Source: an uncultured Alphaproteobacteria bacterium (GTDB lineage Bacteria > Pseudomonadota > Alphaproteobacteria > Rs-D84). From it: 64,000 nucleotides of DNA. The translations under genes and the position numbers were made by a program. Location: NCBI GenBank assembly GCA_944389465.1, contig CALXML010000004.1, positions 14,578-78,577 of the forward strand, in the 5' to 3' direction. The notes beneath the pieces are model-generated. The model was not told where the DNA came from. It searched no databases and saw only the letters and a list, made by a program, of their open reading frames with translations. This document shows, piece by piece, positions 17,722 to 28,927 of this stretch (positions are counted from its first letter, which is position 1; every line of letters starts with the position of its first letter).

Positions 17722-19146
17722 TTATTCTTTATCTGAATCCGATGTTTCAGACTGTTTTTTATTCGTCTGTTTGGACGACTTTTTCTTTTCCGCTTTCTCG
17801 CGTTCAGATTTCAAGAATGATTCCAACCAATGATTGTCAAAGTTCAATGTTTTTACATCACGGTTGTTTAACAATTTTTGTTGTAATGGGATGGTTGTTT
17901 TTACACCCTCTATTACAAATTCATCCAACGCACGTGATGCACGCATAATACATGCGGGTCTGGATTGTGCATGAACAATTAATTTTGCAATCATTGAATC
18001 ATATGTTGGCGGAATGGTGTATCCAGTGTAAACCGCGCTGTCCACACGTACGCCCAATCCCCCAGACGGCGCATACAGCGTAATTTTCCCCGGATTTGGA
18101 ATAAATGTTTCAGGGTCTTCTGCATTGATACGAAATTCAATTGCGTGACCGTGCGGAATAACATTGGATTGTGTATAACCCAACTTTTCACCGGCCGCAA
18201 CACGAATTTGTTCACGTACCAAATCAATTCCATAAACCATTTCAGTTACCGGATGTTCCACCTGCAGACGGGTATTCATTTCCAGAAAATAGAATTTACC
18301 GTCTTCAAACATAAATTCAAAAGTACCCGCATTTACATATCCCATTTTCTTGGCGGCGTTTTTACAAATTTCAATCATATCGTCGCGTTGTTTCTGGGTC
18401 AGTATTGCGGCGGGGCATTCCTCCATCACCTTTTGGTTTTTGCGCTGCAGTGAACAATCGCGTTCACCAAAAATCACAACATTGCCGTGTTTATCGCCCA
18501 AAACCTGAAATTCAATATGACGCGGATGCATTAACAATTTTTCCATATACAGCGTATCGTCACCAAAACCGGATTTAGCCTCGTTCTTGGTCATTTGAAA
18601 CGCTTCGGCCAATTGTTCTGCATTCATAACAGGGCGAATACCGCGTCCACCACCACCGGCGGCGGCCTTTAACATAACGGGGTATCCAATTTTTTCGGCC
18701 CACGCATATGCGTCTTCCAGTGTTTCAACCGCACCATCAGACCCCGGAACAACCGGCAGACCGCATTTAATGGCGGTTTGTTTGGCGTTAACCTTGTCCC
18801 CCATTTTTTCAATCATTGCGGCCGATGGCCCAATCCATATCAGACCGTGTTGTTCAACCTTTTGTGCAAAATCAGCACGTTCAGATAAAAATCCATATCC
18901 GGGGTGAATCGCATCAGCATTTGTTAATAACGCAGCCGTTAAAATCGCAGATTCGTTCAGATAAGAATCCTTGGACGGTCCGGGGCCAATACAGACAGAT
19001 TCGTCCGCCAACTGTACATGCATTGCGTTTTTATCAACAGTTGAATAAACCGCAACAGTACGAATACCCATATCGCGGCACGCGCGAATAATACGCAACG
19101 CAATTTCGCCACGATTTGCAATTAAAACTTTTTTTATTTGTGACAT
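17722..19146 (-). CDS. accC: Acetyl-CoA carboxylase, biotin carboxylase subunit
   Basis: IANRGEIA, HPGYGFLSE, GGGGRG, ERDCSLQR, EMNTRLQVEH. Confidence 0.97.
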   Translation of the reverse strand: MSQIKKVLIANRGEIALRIIRACRDMGIRTVAVYSTVDKNAMHVQLADESVCIGPGPSKDSYLNESAILTAALLTNADAIHPGYGFLSERADFAQKVEQHGLIWIGPSAAMIEKMGDKVNAKQTAIKCGLPVVPGSDGAVETLEDAYAWAEKIGYPVMLKAAAGGGGRGIRPVMNAEQLAEAFQMTKNEAKSGFGDDTLYMEKLLMHPRHIEFQVLGDKHGNVVIFGERDCSLQRKNQKVMEECPAAILTQKQRDDMIEICKNAAKKMGYVNAGTFEFMFEDGKFYFLEMNTRLQVEHPVTEMVYGIDLVREQIRVAAGEKLGYTQSNVIPHGHAIEFRINAEDPETFIPNPGKITLYAPSGGLGVRVDSAVYTGYTIPPTYDSMIAKLIVHAQSRPACIMRASRALDEFVIEGVKTTIPLQQKLLNNRDVKTLNFDNHWLESFLKSEREKAEKKKSSKQTNKKQSETSDSDKE

Positions 19147-19166
19147 TTTTTATATCGTTGCTTTTA

Positions 19167-19625
19167 TTATTCAATAACAATAATAGGTTGGTCAAATTCA
19201 ACGGCCTGACCGTCGGAAACCAATATTTCTTTGACCACGCCATCTTTGTCAGATTTGATTGGGTTAAATGTTTTCATTGCCTCTATTAACGCGACTGTAT
19301 CACCAGCCTTGATTTGTGCGCCAACCGATGTGAATGGTTTTGCCCCCGGTTCTGGTGCCAAATAAGCAACCCCAACCATTGGTGACTTTAATGCATATCC
19401 ACTGATTTCATTATTTTCAGATGCCGCAGGTTCACTGTTAGTATTTTTTGATTCTGCGGATACTGGGAAATTCGGCATGGCGACGGTTGCACCGCCCTGT
19501 TGTTTAGATAAATGAATATGTTTACGATATACGCCGAATAAAAACTGACGTTCCAAATCCAATTCTGTAATACCCATTTCATCCATGATTTTAGACATAG
19601 ATTCAACGGTTGCACGAAATGACAT
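19167..19625 (-). CDS. accB: Biotin carboxyl carrier protein
   Basis: SPMVG, EAMK biotinylation motif. Confidence 0.96.
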   Translation of the reverse strand: MSFRATVESMSKIMDEMGITELDLERQFLFGVYRKHIHLSKQQGGATVAMPNFPVSAESKNTNSEPAASENNEISGYALKSPMVGVAYLAPEPGAKPFTSVGAQIKAGDTVALIEAMKTFNPIKSDKDGVVKEILVSDGQAVEFDQPIIVIE

Positions 19626-19711
19626 TTTTATATCCTTTTATATTTAAACTTTTTATAAAATGTACTTAACTGTTCAATGTGCCTGAAATTTTACCATAAT
19701 CAGGCCGGATG

Positions 19712-19951
19712 TCAAGGGACGGGGTCGTAACCGAACCCACCCGCCGGTCTGCAGCGCAGAATCCTGCGTATCCCCAGCATCATTCCCCGCCACGGACCAT
19801 ATTTTTCAATTGCCTGACGTGTGTATTCACTGCACGTTGGAATAAACCGGCATGCCGCACGCCCACCGATAAAGGGGGAAATACACACCTGATACATTCG
19901 TACCATATAAATGGCACAACGTGCCAGTAAACTGTTATTTTGTTTTTGCAT
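19712..19951 (-). CDS. yidD: Membrane protein insertion efficiency factor
   Basis: YQ..ISP, CRFIPTCSEY, RILRC.P, GYDPVP. Confidence 0.95.
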   Translation of the reverse strand: MQKQNNSLLARCAIYMVRMYQVCISPFIGGRAACRFIPTCSEYTRQAIEKYGPWRGMMLGIRRILRCRPAGGFGYDPVP

Positions 19952-20279
19952 GTGTTCGCTTGATATAATTCAGTGCCTTGCGCATGGCAACGCGGCCATC
20001 TGTGCGTGACGCATCAAGTATGCCATGACGTGCGATAAAGATATAATCTAAATCATTGCACATATGTTTTTCATTAAAACGAATCCAGTCGCGCAATAAC
20101 CGTTTTGCGCGATTTCTGTCAACTGCGAATTTAAACAGGCGTTTTGTAACAATCAGACCATAACGTGCATCGCCATCAATTTTGGCCGCCCGCGCACGTA
20201 TAAAGAAGAAAGAACATCTGGCATTAATGTCATTGTCCTGTATCAAAAAATCTTGGTGCTTTTTTATAGTATTTCTCAT
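19935..20279 (-). CDS. rnpA: Ribonuclease P protein component
   Basis: RYGLIVTKR..K.AV.RNRAKR motif. Confidence 0.93.
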   Translation of the reverse strand: MRNTIKKHQDFLIQDNDINARCSFFFIRARAAKIDGDARYGLIVTKRLFKFAVDRNRAKRLLRDWIRFNEKHMCNDLDYIFIARHGILDASRTDGRVAMRKALNYIKRTHAKTK

Positions 20280-20396
20280 AATGGGTTTTATAATATCAAA
20301 ATATCAGGATAATCAAATAAAAAACATAAAATAATGTATGGCGGCTTGATTTTTTCATTATCACGATTTATAGTTCAAGAAAAATCACTACATTAG

Positions 20397-21453
<1,057 letters not shown>

Positions 21454-21455
<2 letters not shown>

Positions 21456-21480
21456 AAAAACTGGCATTTGCCAGTTTTTT
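21454..21480 (+). terminator. mreB terminator (CCGGCATTT family variant)
   Basis: AAAAAAACTGGC-ATTT-GCCAGTTTTTT. Confidence 0.8.
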
Positions 21481-21534
21481 ATTTGGGATTTTTTTTGTCT
21501 AGATTTTATTGCTTTATATTGCAATAATACTTAT

Positions 21535-21712
21535 TGCACTGGACGACTACCAATGCGGGGCGTGATAACCTCTGAAGTTGTCGGAAACGACATAAAACAT
21601 TTACTCCAACTAAGCGTTGCAGGTTGGAGGGTCGTGATATATATGAATAAACGACGCTATTACTTCAATAGTTATCAACCTCCAACCGCCATTAGTCAGG
21701 CGGCGTTTTTAT
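21535..21712 (+). ncRNA. C4/CI-antisense-like structured leader, copy 1
   Basis: Closing stem GGTTGGAGG/CCTCCAACC, two inner hairpins, bipartite complementarity to an upstream target, overlapping terminator; aligns with copy 2. Confidence 0.75.
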
Positions 21713-21744
21713 TTGCATTTTTTGCAAAAAATAGGGGAAATACT

Positions 21745-22335
21745 ATGAAGAAAAAATTATGTTTAATTAGCTTATTTTTGTGTGATGCGGCATTTGCGGT
21801 GGGGACACCTACACTCTATTACTGTAATTGTGGGCCTGGTTATGAAAGTACTAATAGCGTTTATAATCGTTTGGATGCGTGTAAAAGTTCAAGTGATACA
21901 GAATGTATAGTGTCATCTTCGTCAACTGGATTTGTGTACAGAATGTCATATCAGGAAGCAGAACCAGCCTGTGGTGTGTGTCAGTGTTATTCAACTGTAA
22001 ATGACTGGGAGTATAGCAGCTATTGTACGGTAAAAAGGACTAATATCAGAGTTTATGATAGCGGTGAGTTTTCAACAACTTGCAATTATGAATTTGAAAC
22101 AGATGTTGGGTGTGATGACGGATGTTATATGGAGTGGTATGAACCTCAGAATCTTGATATTGGGTGTACAAGCTGTCCCAGAGTTTCTGATGATTGGACA
22201 GATTGTTATGGAAGAAGCAAAATAGGAAATAAACAAGGAATAGATGGATGCTGGCTTCCTTATTGTGGTAATATGGACGATGAAACTGGTACTTGGGTTA
22301 TTACGGAAGACGAAAAATGCTTTTATCAACCGTAA
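21745..22335 (+). CDS. Secreted Cys-rich hypothetical protein (196 aa)
   Basis: AGGGGA RBS; MKKK signal peptide ending AFA; many Cys; C-terminal DETGTW...CFY. Confidence 0.85.
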   Translation: MKKKLCLISLFLCDAAFAVGTPTLYYCNCGPGYESTNSVYNRLDACKSSSDTECIVSSSSTGFVYRMSYQEAEPACGVCQCYSTVNDWEYSSYCTVKRTNIRVYDSGEFSTTCNYEFETDVGCDDGCYMEWYEPQNLDIGCTSCPRVSDDWTDCYGRSKIGNKQGIDGCWLPYCGNMDDETGTWVITEDEKCFYQP

Positions 22336-22344
22336 TAATATAAC

Positions 22345-22809
22345 TTATTGATTTCTTTTCTTTCTAAATTCGTCCAATGAAACAACGCGACCGTTGTCTG
22401 GTACTGTGTCTGGTTTTTCGTCCAATGGCAATTCCATATCATTATCCGCCGCCGGAACATTTTTTGGATGAAAAGATAACATAAAATCAACAGATGGGTC
22501 TTTAAATTCCACCAATGCTGAAAAAGGCACACGAATAAAGAACGGGCGACCATCAAAAGTTAATTGAACACCAAATTCTTTGTCCGATACGTGCAGATTA
22601 TTATAAGAATATTGTAATACAATCGTCATAATATCAGGATAACGAATGCGCAAAAAGTCAGGCAAAACAACACCAGCCGCACGTGTTTTAAATGTAATAT
22701 AAAAATGTGTACCGTCCCCCAACCCGTTAAATTGTGCGTGAATCAGTGCCTCTCTGACCACAGATTTCAGGGCATTGTCTAATAAAGTTTGATAATCTAT
22801 TTTACTCAT
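22345..22809 (-). CDS. sspB: Alphaproteobacterial ClpXP adaptor, SspB-like
   Basis: HFYITFKT..GV, YP..MTIVLQ, F.DPSV.F, VVSLDEFRKK tail. Confidence 0.88.
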   Translation of the reverse strand: MSKIDYQTLLDNALKSVVREALIHAQFNGLGDGTHFYITFKTRAAGVVLPDFLRIRYPDIMTIVLQYSYNNLHVSDKEFGVQLTFDGRPFFIRVPFSALVEFKDPSVDFMLSFHPKNVPAADNDMELPLDEKPDTVPDNGRVVSLDEFRKKRNQ

Positions 22810-23893
22810 TTTTTTGTCCTGACCACAGTATATTATTTATTTCACCATCGTTGCAAGTAACAAATACTGCATTCGGAACATCTGCAAAAACATTTGCATC
22901 CAACCCTGTTGCCCAAACCTGTGCGTCGGCCGCCCCCAAATCGGCAAATAATTTGGCGCGTGCATTTGCATCCAAATGTGCGGCCGCTTCGTCCAGTAAT
23001 ATCAGTGGGCGACGGTTTGTTTTTGTATGCATTAATTTTGCATGTGCCAAAATTAAATTTAATAATACTGTTTTTTGTTGGCCGGTGCTGGTTAATGCCG
23101 CTGGTAAATTTAACATTTTATTAAATACACCAAAATCAGATTTATGCGGACCGTCAACAATCATTTTGTCTGCAATTAATTCACGTGCACTGTGCAAATA
23201 TTCTGTATATTGACGTTCTGCTGCTGTGGCCCCTGTGCCATCAATCAGCATTTGTTCAACCATTCCCGAAACAGTTACCGCGCAATCAGATAAAAAATAG
23301 TTTAATTCGCCCGCATACATAATTCGTGCATACGCCACCGCCACCGCCAGACCAGATATTTGTGCATCCAGCGCATCCAACCAACGCGCGTCATTTCCGT
23401 TTTTCAGTGCAAATGCGCGTTCAGACATTAATTTAGACAATCTGGCCACGCGTCCCGAATGTGTGGCATCAAAACTGCCGGTTAATCTGTCAAAGAAAGC
23501 GCGCCTGTCAGATGCTGCATCAACAAATAATCTATCCTCTCGTGGGGTTAACCATATTGTGCGCAATTGCGTGGATAAATCAGCCAATGTTGCATTGTCA
23601 CCATCAATTCGCGCACGACGATTTGAATCGCCGGCTGTAAAATAAACAGATATTTCCGTATCATCATTTAACAGTGCAAACACAGAAAAACCGCCATCGC
23701 CACCGAAGCGTGCAATATCTGTCATTGGTGCGCCACGCAAACCACGGTCCCCCCCCAGCATTGATACCGCTTCCAATACGGCGGTTTTGCCCGCCCCGTT
23801 TGGGCCGGTTATTATAACATTGCGCTGGCCGTGGGTTTGAATGCGGCATAATTTATGATTGCGAAAATTAGTCAATGTTACAGAATTAATCAT
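22802..23893 (-). CDS. recF: DNA replication and repair protein RecF
   Basis: LTNFRN, GPNGAGKT, RRAFFDR, STGQQK, LLDEAAAHLD; true start MINSV at 23893. Confidence 0.93.
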   Translation of the reverse strand: MINSVTLTNFRNHKLCRIQTHGQRNVIITGPNGAGKTAVLEAVSMLGGDRGLRGAPMTDIARFGGDGGFSVFALLNDDTEISVYFTAGDSNRRARIDGDNATLADLSTQLRTIWLTPREDRLFVDAASDRRAFFDRLTGSFDATHSGRVARLSKLMSERAFALKNGNDARWLDALDAQISGLAVAVAYARIMYAGELNYFLSDCAVTVSGMVEQMLIDGTGATAAERQYTEYLHSARELIADKMIVDGPHKSDFGVFNKMLNLPAALTSTGQQKTVLLNLILAHAKLMHTKTNRRPLILLDEAAAHLDANARAKLFADLGAADAQVWATGLDANVFADVPNAVFVTCNDGEINNILWSGQKNE

Positions 23894-23966
23894 AGCCAGA
23901 TAATACACCAAAACAAAAAAAATACAAATATCAAAAAAACACCCAATAAACTTGAGTGTTTTATTT

Positions 23967-24040
23967 TGGAGGCCTGAGTCGGAATCGAACCGGCATACAA
24001 GGATTTGCAGTCCTCTGCATAACCACTCTGCCATCAGGCC
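23967..24040 (-). tRNA. tRNA-Cys(GCA)
   Basis: GGCCTGA...TCAGGCC-TCCA; anticodon loop CTGCAAA; U73 discriminator. Confidence 0.96.
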
Positions 24041-24152
24041 AATCTGAAATATGTGTAACACATACTAGGCAAAAAAAATTTGTAATTCAACTGAAAAATT
24101 GTATTATATGTATAAATATGTTTTTCAGAATTTATTAAGAGAGAGTGTTTTT

Positions 24153-25496
24153 ATGAAAAAACTGTTATTTTGTATGTTGTGCCTGATACCGGCACAACTG
24201 ATGGCGGCCACGGATGAAAATTGCCGCACCATGACAACCGTGCCGGATGGTGAATTAACCCTGCAACAGGTTATTGAATTGGGATTGTGCCGTAATCCTG
24301 AAACGGCATCTGCATATTTATCATTGGAATCAGCGCGTTTTAATAAAAATGCGGGCTATGGTCAATATTTGCCCAGTGTCAGTGTTTCTGGTTCGGCCAG
24401 TTTGCCATACAGAAACAGGGAATTTGACGATTGGTCATATGGTGCATCAATTTCTGCATCTTATTTAATATTTGATTTTGGCAAACGTTTATCTGATGTT
24501 AACAGATTAATAGATACATGGCGCGCCACGGGTTTTGATTACAGTGAATCTGTGCAAAATTATGTATATGGTATAATTGGTGCATATTATGCATTGTTAA
24601 ACGCTGATGCAGACGTATTTACCGCAAACGCCGTTATGCAGGTTTCCAAAACGGCCAAGGATACCGCCGATAAAAAATTTAATGCCGGTGCAGTGGCCAA
24701 GGCCGATGTTCTGAAGGCGGACGTTACATTGGCCAGCAGTATTTTGGATTTGGAACGTGCAAAAAACAACCGCGAAATTGCCAAGGGTACATTACTGGCC
24801 AAATTGTCTTTCCCCGCGGACCAAGATATTCAGATTGCAGATATGTCATCTGATTTTGGTTCCGAATCAGAAAACAAAAGTATTGATGAATTAATTGAAA
24901 TTGCGCGTGAACGTCGCCCTGACCTGTTGCGTGCATCTGCAAACAAGGATGCTGCATGGCACAGCAGAAACAGCGCGTTTTTATCAAATCTGCCATCTAT
25001 TTCGGCCAGTGGCAGCCTGTCTTGGAATAATGTTCCATCAGATGTATATAACGCCGGCCAAGATGAATGGAGTGGCAGTATCGGTATTCGTGCGTCTATG
25101 CCAATATTTGCGGGCTTTTCAAATATGTACAGTGTTCGTTCTGCACAGGCCAGTTATGAACGTGCCAAGGAACAGGAACGTATGACTGTTGATAACGCAA
25201 TGTTGGATGTGTTCAGTGCATATCAGAACTATAAAACTGCACAAACTGTATTAAAACAAACAGAAACGTTATTGGCATCGGCCAAGGAAACAGAAAGTGT
25301 TACCGCCGGTATGTACAAGGTTGGCAAAGCAACCATGCTGGATTGGCAACAGGCATTGGCTGATTTGGCCGATGCTCACAAACAAAATAATGCGGCTAAA
25401 TACGATTTGTTTACCAAACGTGCGGCATTGGCATTATCAATTGGCGATATAAAAGAGGGATTAATCAAGGACGAGGGAGAATCAACAAATGAATAA
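24153..25496 (+). CDS. TolC-family outer membrane protein
   Basis: Signal peptide, two OEP repeats (YLPSVS, IFDFG, PIFAG); operon with adaptor and ABC genes. Confidence 0.88.
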   Translation: MKKLLFCMLCLIPAQLMAATDENCRTMTTVPDGELTLQQVIELGLCRNPETASAYLSLESARFNKNAGYGQYLPSVSVSGSASLPYRNREFDDWSYGASISASYLIFDFGKRLSDVNRLIDTWRATGFDYSESVQNYVYGIIGAYYALLNADADVFTANAVMQVSKTAKDTADKKFNAGAVAKADVLKADVTLASSILDLERAKNNREIAKGTLLAKLSFPADQDIQIADMSSDFGSESENKSIDELIEIARERRPDLLRASANKDAAWHSRNSAFLSNLPSISASGSLSWNNVPSDVYNAGQDEWSGSIGIRASMPIFAGFSNMYSVRSAQASYERAKEQERMTVDNAMLDVFSAYQNYKTAQTVLKQTETLLASAKETESVTAGMYKVGKATMLDWQQALADLADAHKQNNAAKYDLFTKRAALALSIGDIKEGLIKDEGESTNE

Positions 25497-26670
25497 GCAA
25501 CAACAACAGCCAAAACAACATAAATTTTGGAATTGGGTGCGCCGTCGCAAATGGTGGATTATTTTGTTCATCATTGTTGCTGGTGGATTTGTGTACTTTA
25601 TGGGTGGTGATGATAATCAGGGTTCTGGTTTTGCAACTGCAACTATTTCGCGTGGCAATCTGCGTCAGGTTGTAACTGCAACCGGTGAAATTCAACCACT
25701 GAATACAATTAACGTTGGTTCACAGGTCAGTGGCACAATAGAGGCAATATACGTTGATTATAATTCCAAGGTTAAAAAGGGCGATGTTTTGCTGAAAATT
25801 GAACCGTCTGTTTTACAGGCGTCTGTTGACGAAGCGTTGGCATCATTGGTCAGTGCAGAATCACAACGTAATTATGCCAAAAGTGAATATGAACGTAACA
25901 AAACATTGTATGATGCAGGATATATTCCTTTGGCGGATTTGGAACAATCACAAACAACATATGAACAGGCCGAACAATCAGTTAATCGTATGCAATCGCA
26001 ATACGACCGCGCGGTAACAAATCTGGGGTATGCAACGATTACATCACCTGTTGATGGTACGGTTATTTCACGTCAGGTTGACGTTGGACAAACAGTTGCG
26101 GCATCATTCCAAACACCGGACTTGTTTGAAATTGCCGAAGATTTATCAAAAATGCAAATTGAAACCGCCGTGTCCGAGGCTGACATCGGTATGATTACCG
26201 AGGGTCAATCAGTCACATTTACTGTTGATGCATATCCAACACAAACATTTGAAGGCTTTGTTCGTCAGGTACGTTTATCACCAACAATTACATCAAACGT
26301 TGTTGTGTACACCGTTGTAATTGATGTTGATAACAGTGATTTACGTTTGAAACCGGGGATGACTGCTTTTGTAACTATTCTGATTTCTGAACGTAATGAT
26401 GTATGGAAAGTGCAAAATTCAGCATTAATTTTGCGTTCTTTTGACGGAATTGTTGAAAATGCTGGTGATGCAACGCCTGCCGACCATTTGGCAATCCAGC
26501 GTGTTGTTGATGGCAAACAAACAATTGTTTTAATCCCATATGAAAAGGGCTTGGTTACGGCAACTGAAACAGAAATTATTTCTGATGAAATTCAGGATGG
26601 TGACCGTGTAATCTTTGGACGATATGGTTTGGCATCGTCCGGTTCGGCGCGTATGGGGCCACCGCGTTAA
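25489..26670 (+). CDS. MacA-like periplasmic adaptor
   Basis: VGSQVSG, ITSPVDGTV, GQTVAASFQTP, LKPGMTA. Confidence 0.9.
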   Translation: MNKQQQQPKQHKFWNWVRRRKWWIILFIIVAGGFVYFMGGDDNQGSGFATATISRGNLRQVVTATGEIQPLNTINVGSQVSGTIEAIYVDYNSKVKKGDVLLKIEPSVLQASVDEALASLVSAESQRNYAKSEYERNKTLYDAGYIPLADLEQSQTTYEQAEQSVNRMQSQYDRAVTNLGYATITSPVDGTVISRQVDVGQTVAASFQTPDLFEIAEDLSKMQIETAVSEADIGMITEGQSVTFTVDAYPTQTFEGFVRQVRLSPTITSNVVVYTVVIDVDNSDLRLKPGMTAFVTILISERNDVWKVQNSALILRSFDGIVENAGDATPADHLAIQRVVDGKQTIVLIPYEKGLVTATETEIISDEIQDGDRVIFGRYGLASSGSARMGPPR

Positions 26671-26673
26671 TGT

Positions 26674-26707
26674 AAATAAACAGCCGGCATTTGCCGGCTG
26701 TTTATTT
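26674..26707 (+). terminator. Terminator (CCGGCATTT family)
   Basis: AAATAAACAGCCGGC-ATTT-GCCGGCTGTTTATTT. Confidence 0.8.
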
Positions 26708-26781
26708 TTTACTATTAAAAAATTATGAAAACTTCATCATAAATGATATAATTATCCAAAAAATATCAGAGAGAATGTTTA

Positions 26782-27525
26782 ATGAAAAAAAATCAGAAAC
26801 AAGACAATGATGTCAAAATTATTTCTATGAAAAAAATCTGTAAAAGTTTTCCACTGGAAATGGGTGGTGAACAACAGGTTTTGTTTGATATCACATTTGA
26901 CGTAAAACAGGGTGAATTTGTATCTATTATGGGCCCATCGGGCAGTGGTAAATCCACGTGTATGAATATCATTGGTGCGCTGGATACACCGACCAGTGGC
27001 ACATACGAATTATACGGTCGTGATGTCACACATTTAACGTCTGATGAATTGGCGGTGGTTCGTAACGAATATATCGGATTTGTATTTCAGCAATTTAATT
27101 TATTGGCCAAACGCAGCGTTCTGGACAATGTTATGTTGCCATTAATGTATCGTGGATTGCCCATGGATGAACGTGTGCGTCGTGCACGTGAAATGTTACA
27201 GCGCGTCGGTTTGGAAAAATTTGAAACATATTTACCAACACAACTGTCCGGTGGTATGAAACAGCGTGTTGCAATTGCGCGTGCATTGGCGGGTGACCCT
27301 AAATTAATTCTGGCGGACGAACCCACCGGTGCATTGGACAGTAAAATGGGTAATGATATTTTAACTTTTTTTAAAAAATTAAATCAGGAAATGGGCATTA
27401 CGATTGTTATGATTACCCATGAATTTGAAATCGCCCAATATTCAAACCGTTTAATTCACATATACGATGGCCGTATTACATATGACGGTCGTGTACCACG
27501 TGATGAACGCGTATTACAGAAATAA
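26782..27525 (+). CDS. MacB/LolD-type ABC ATP-binding protein
   Basis: [32 protein letters not shown]. Confidence 0.93.
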   Translation: MKKNQKQDNDVKIISMKKICKSFPLEMGGEQQVLFDITFDVKQGEFVSIMGPSGSGKSTCMNIIGALDTPTSGTYELYGRDVTHLTSDELAVVRNEYIGFVFQQFNLLAKRSVLDNVMLPLMYRGLPMDERVRRAREMLQRVGLEKFETYLPTQLSGGMKQRVAIARALAGDPKLILADEPTGALDSKMGNDILTFFKKLNQEMGITIVMITHEFEIAQYSNRLIHIYDGRITYDGRVPRDERVLQK

Positions 27526-27542
27526 TAAAAACAGGTAAAAAA

Positions 27543-28760
27543 ATGACTTTTAACGATATATTAAAAGAATCTTGGTTATCCATCAGCGGAAATAAAATTC
27601 GTTCATTCTTGACCGTTTTGGGTATTGTTATTGGTGTTATGGCGGTTGTGATAATGGTTGCTGTTGGTGAAACGGTGTCCAAACAAATTAATGACCAATT
27701 TTCATCACTGGGAACAAATACAATCACAATACGTGCCGGCGCGGCGCAAAGTGCGGGTGTTCGCACCGGCAGCAGACAAACCCTGACCATGGATGATGCT
27801 GAATTTATCGGCCAATTACCCGATGTTGCGGCGTTCAGTCCGGTTCAAAATGCGTCTGCACAGGTTATTTATGGTAATCAGAACTGGGCAACATCAATGG
27901 TTGGTGCATACCCCGGATATGAACAGGTTCAAAATCTGGAAATGAAATACGGAACCTTTTTTAATCAATCAGCGGTGCGCAATGGTTCTACATATGCGGT
28001 TATTGGGCCACAAACCGCCGAAGAATTAAATATGCCTGAAAATCCAGTTGGTGAAATAATCCGTGTTCAAAATATGCCTTTTACAATTATTGGTGTGACC
28101 AAGGAACGTGGTGATTCCACCATGGGCAGTCAGGACGATATGATAATTATTCCTGTTACCACGCTGAAAAAGCGTCTGCAGGGCAGTCGTTTTCCAAATT
28201 CAGTCAGTATGGTTACACTGAAATTATACGAAGGTGCAGATAACGCATTGGTCATAGAACAAATAACCGCCCTGCTGCGTGACCGGCATGATTTGGCCGA
28301 TGACGAGGCCGATGATTTCCAAATTATGGATATGAAACAGGTTATGGAGGCCATGGACAGTGTCACCGGTTATATGACAATGCTGTTGGTTGCAATTGCG
28401 GCTGTATCATTGTTGGTGGGGTCAATTGGTATTATGAATATGATGCTGGTATCTGTTGCAGAACGTACCCGTGAAATAGGTATCCGCAAGGCCATCGGGG
28501 CACGGGAACGTCATATAATAACCCAATTCTTGGCCGAGGCTATTTTAATATCCTTTATGGGTTCTATGGCCGGATTGATATTGGGTGTGGGTCTGTCACA
28601 GGGAATTGGCCGATTCGTTATGGGATATGATGTTCCTTTCAGTGCATGGCCGGTTGTTGTGTCTGTGACGGTTGCGGTTGTGGTTGGTTTGGCATCCGGT
28701 GTAATGCCCGCAATGAAGGCTGCAAAATTAAACCCAATTGACAGTTTGCGTTATGAATAA
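27543..28760 (+). CDS. MacB/FtsX-type ABC permease
   Basis: RSFLTVLGIVIGV, GIMNMMLVSV.ERTREIGIRKAIGA, LRYE. Confidence 0.93.
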   Translation: MTFNDILKESWLSISGNKIRSFLTVLGIVIGVMAVVIMVAVGETVSKQINDQFSSLGTNTITIRAGAAQSAGVRTGSRQTLTMDDAEFIGQLPDVAAFSPVQNASAQVIYGNQNWATSMVGAYPGYEQVQNLEMKYGTFFNQSAVRNGSTYAVIGPQTAEELNMPENPVGEIIRVQNMPFTIIGVTKERGDSTMGSQDDMIIIPVTTLKKRLQGSRFPNSVSMVTLKLYEGADNALVIEQITALLRDRHDLADDEADDFQIMDMKQVMEAMDSVTGYMTMLLVAIAAVSLLVGSIGIMNMMLVSVAERTREIGIRKAIGARERHIITQFLAEAILISFMGSMAGLILGVGLSQGIGRFVMGYDVPFSAWPVVVSVTVAVVVGLASGVMPAMKAAKLNPIDSLRYE

Positions 28761-28774
28761 CTGGCATTAAATAT

Positions 28775-28803
28775 AAAAAACACCGGCATTTGCCGGTGTT
28801 TTT
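28775..28803 (+). terminator. Terminator (CCGGCATTT family)
   Basis: AAAAACACCGGC-ATTT-GCCGGTGTTTTT. Confidence 0.8.
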
Positions 28804-28927
28804 GTGTCATATATAAATTACCAATTCCGCCCCACCCCACCCCGATAATTTATATAACAATGCACAGAAATAACCATATGCACTTTTATATAATTGACAA
28901 AATAAAATTCTGTAATACACTGGCGAT

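Noticed and set aside
23894-24061. N-terminal extension of RecF
   Set aside because: Runs through tRNA-Cys; RecF homology starts at 23893
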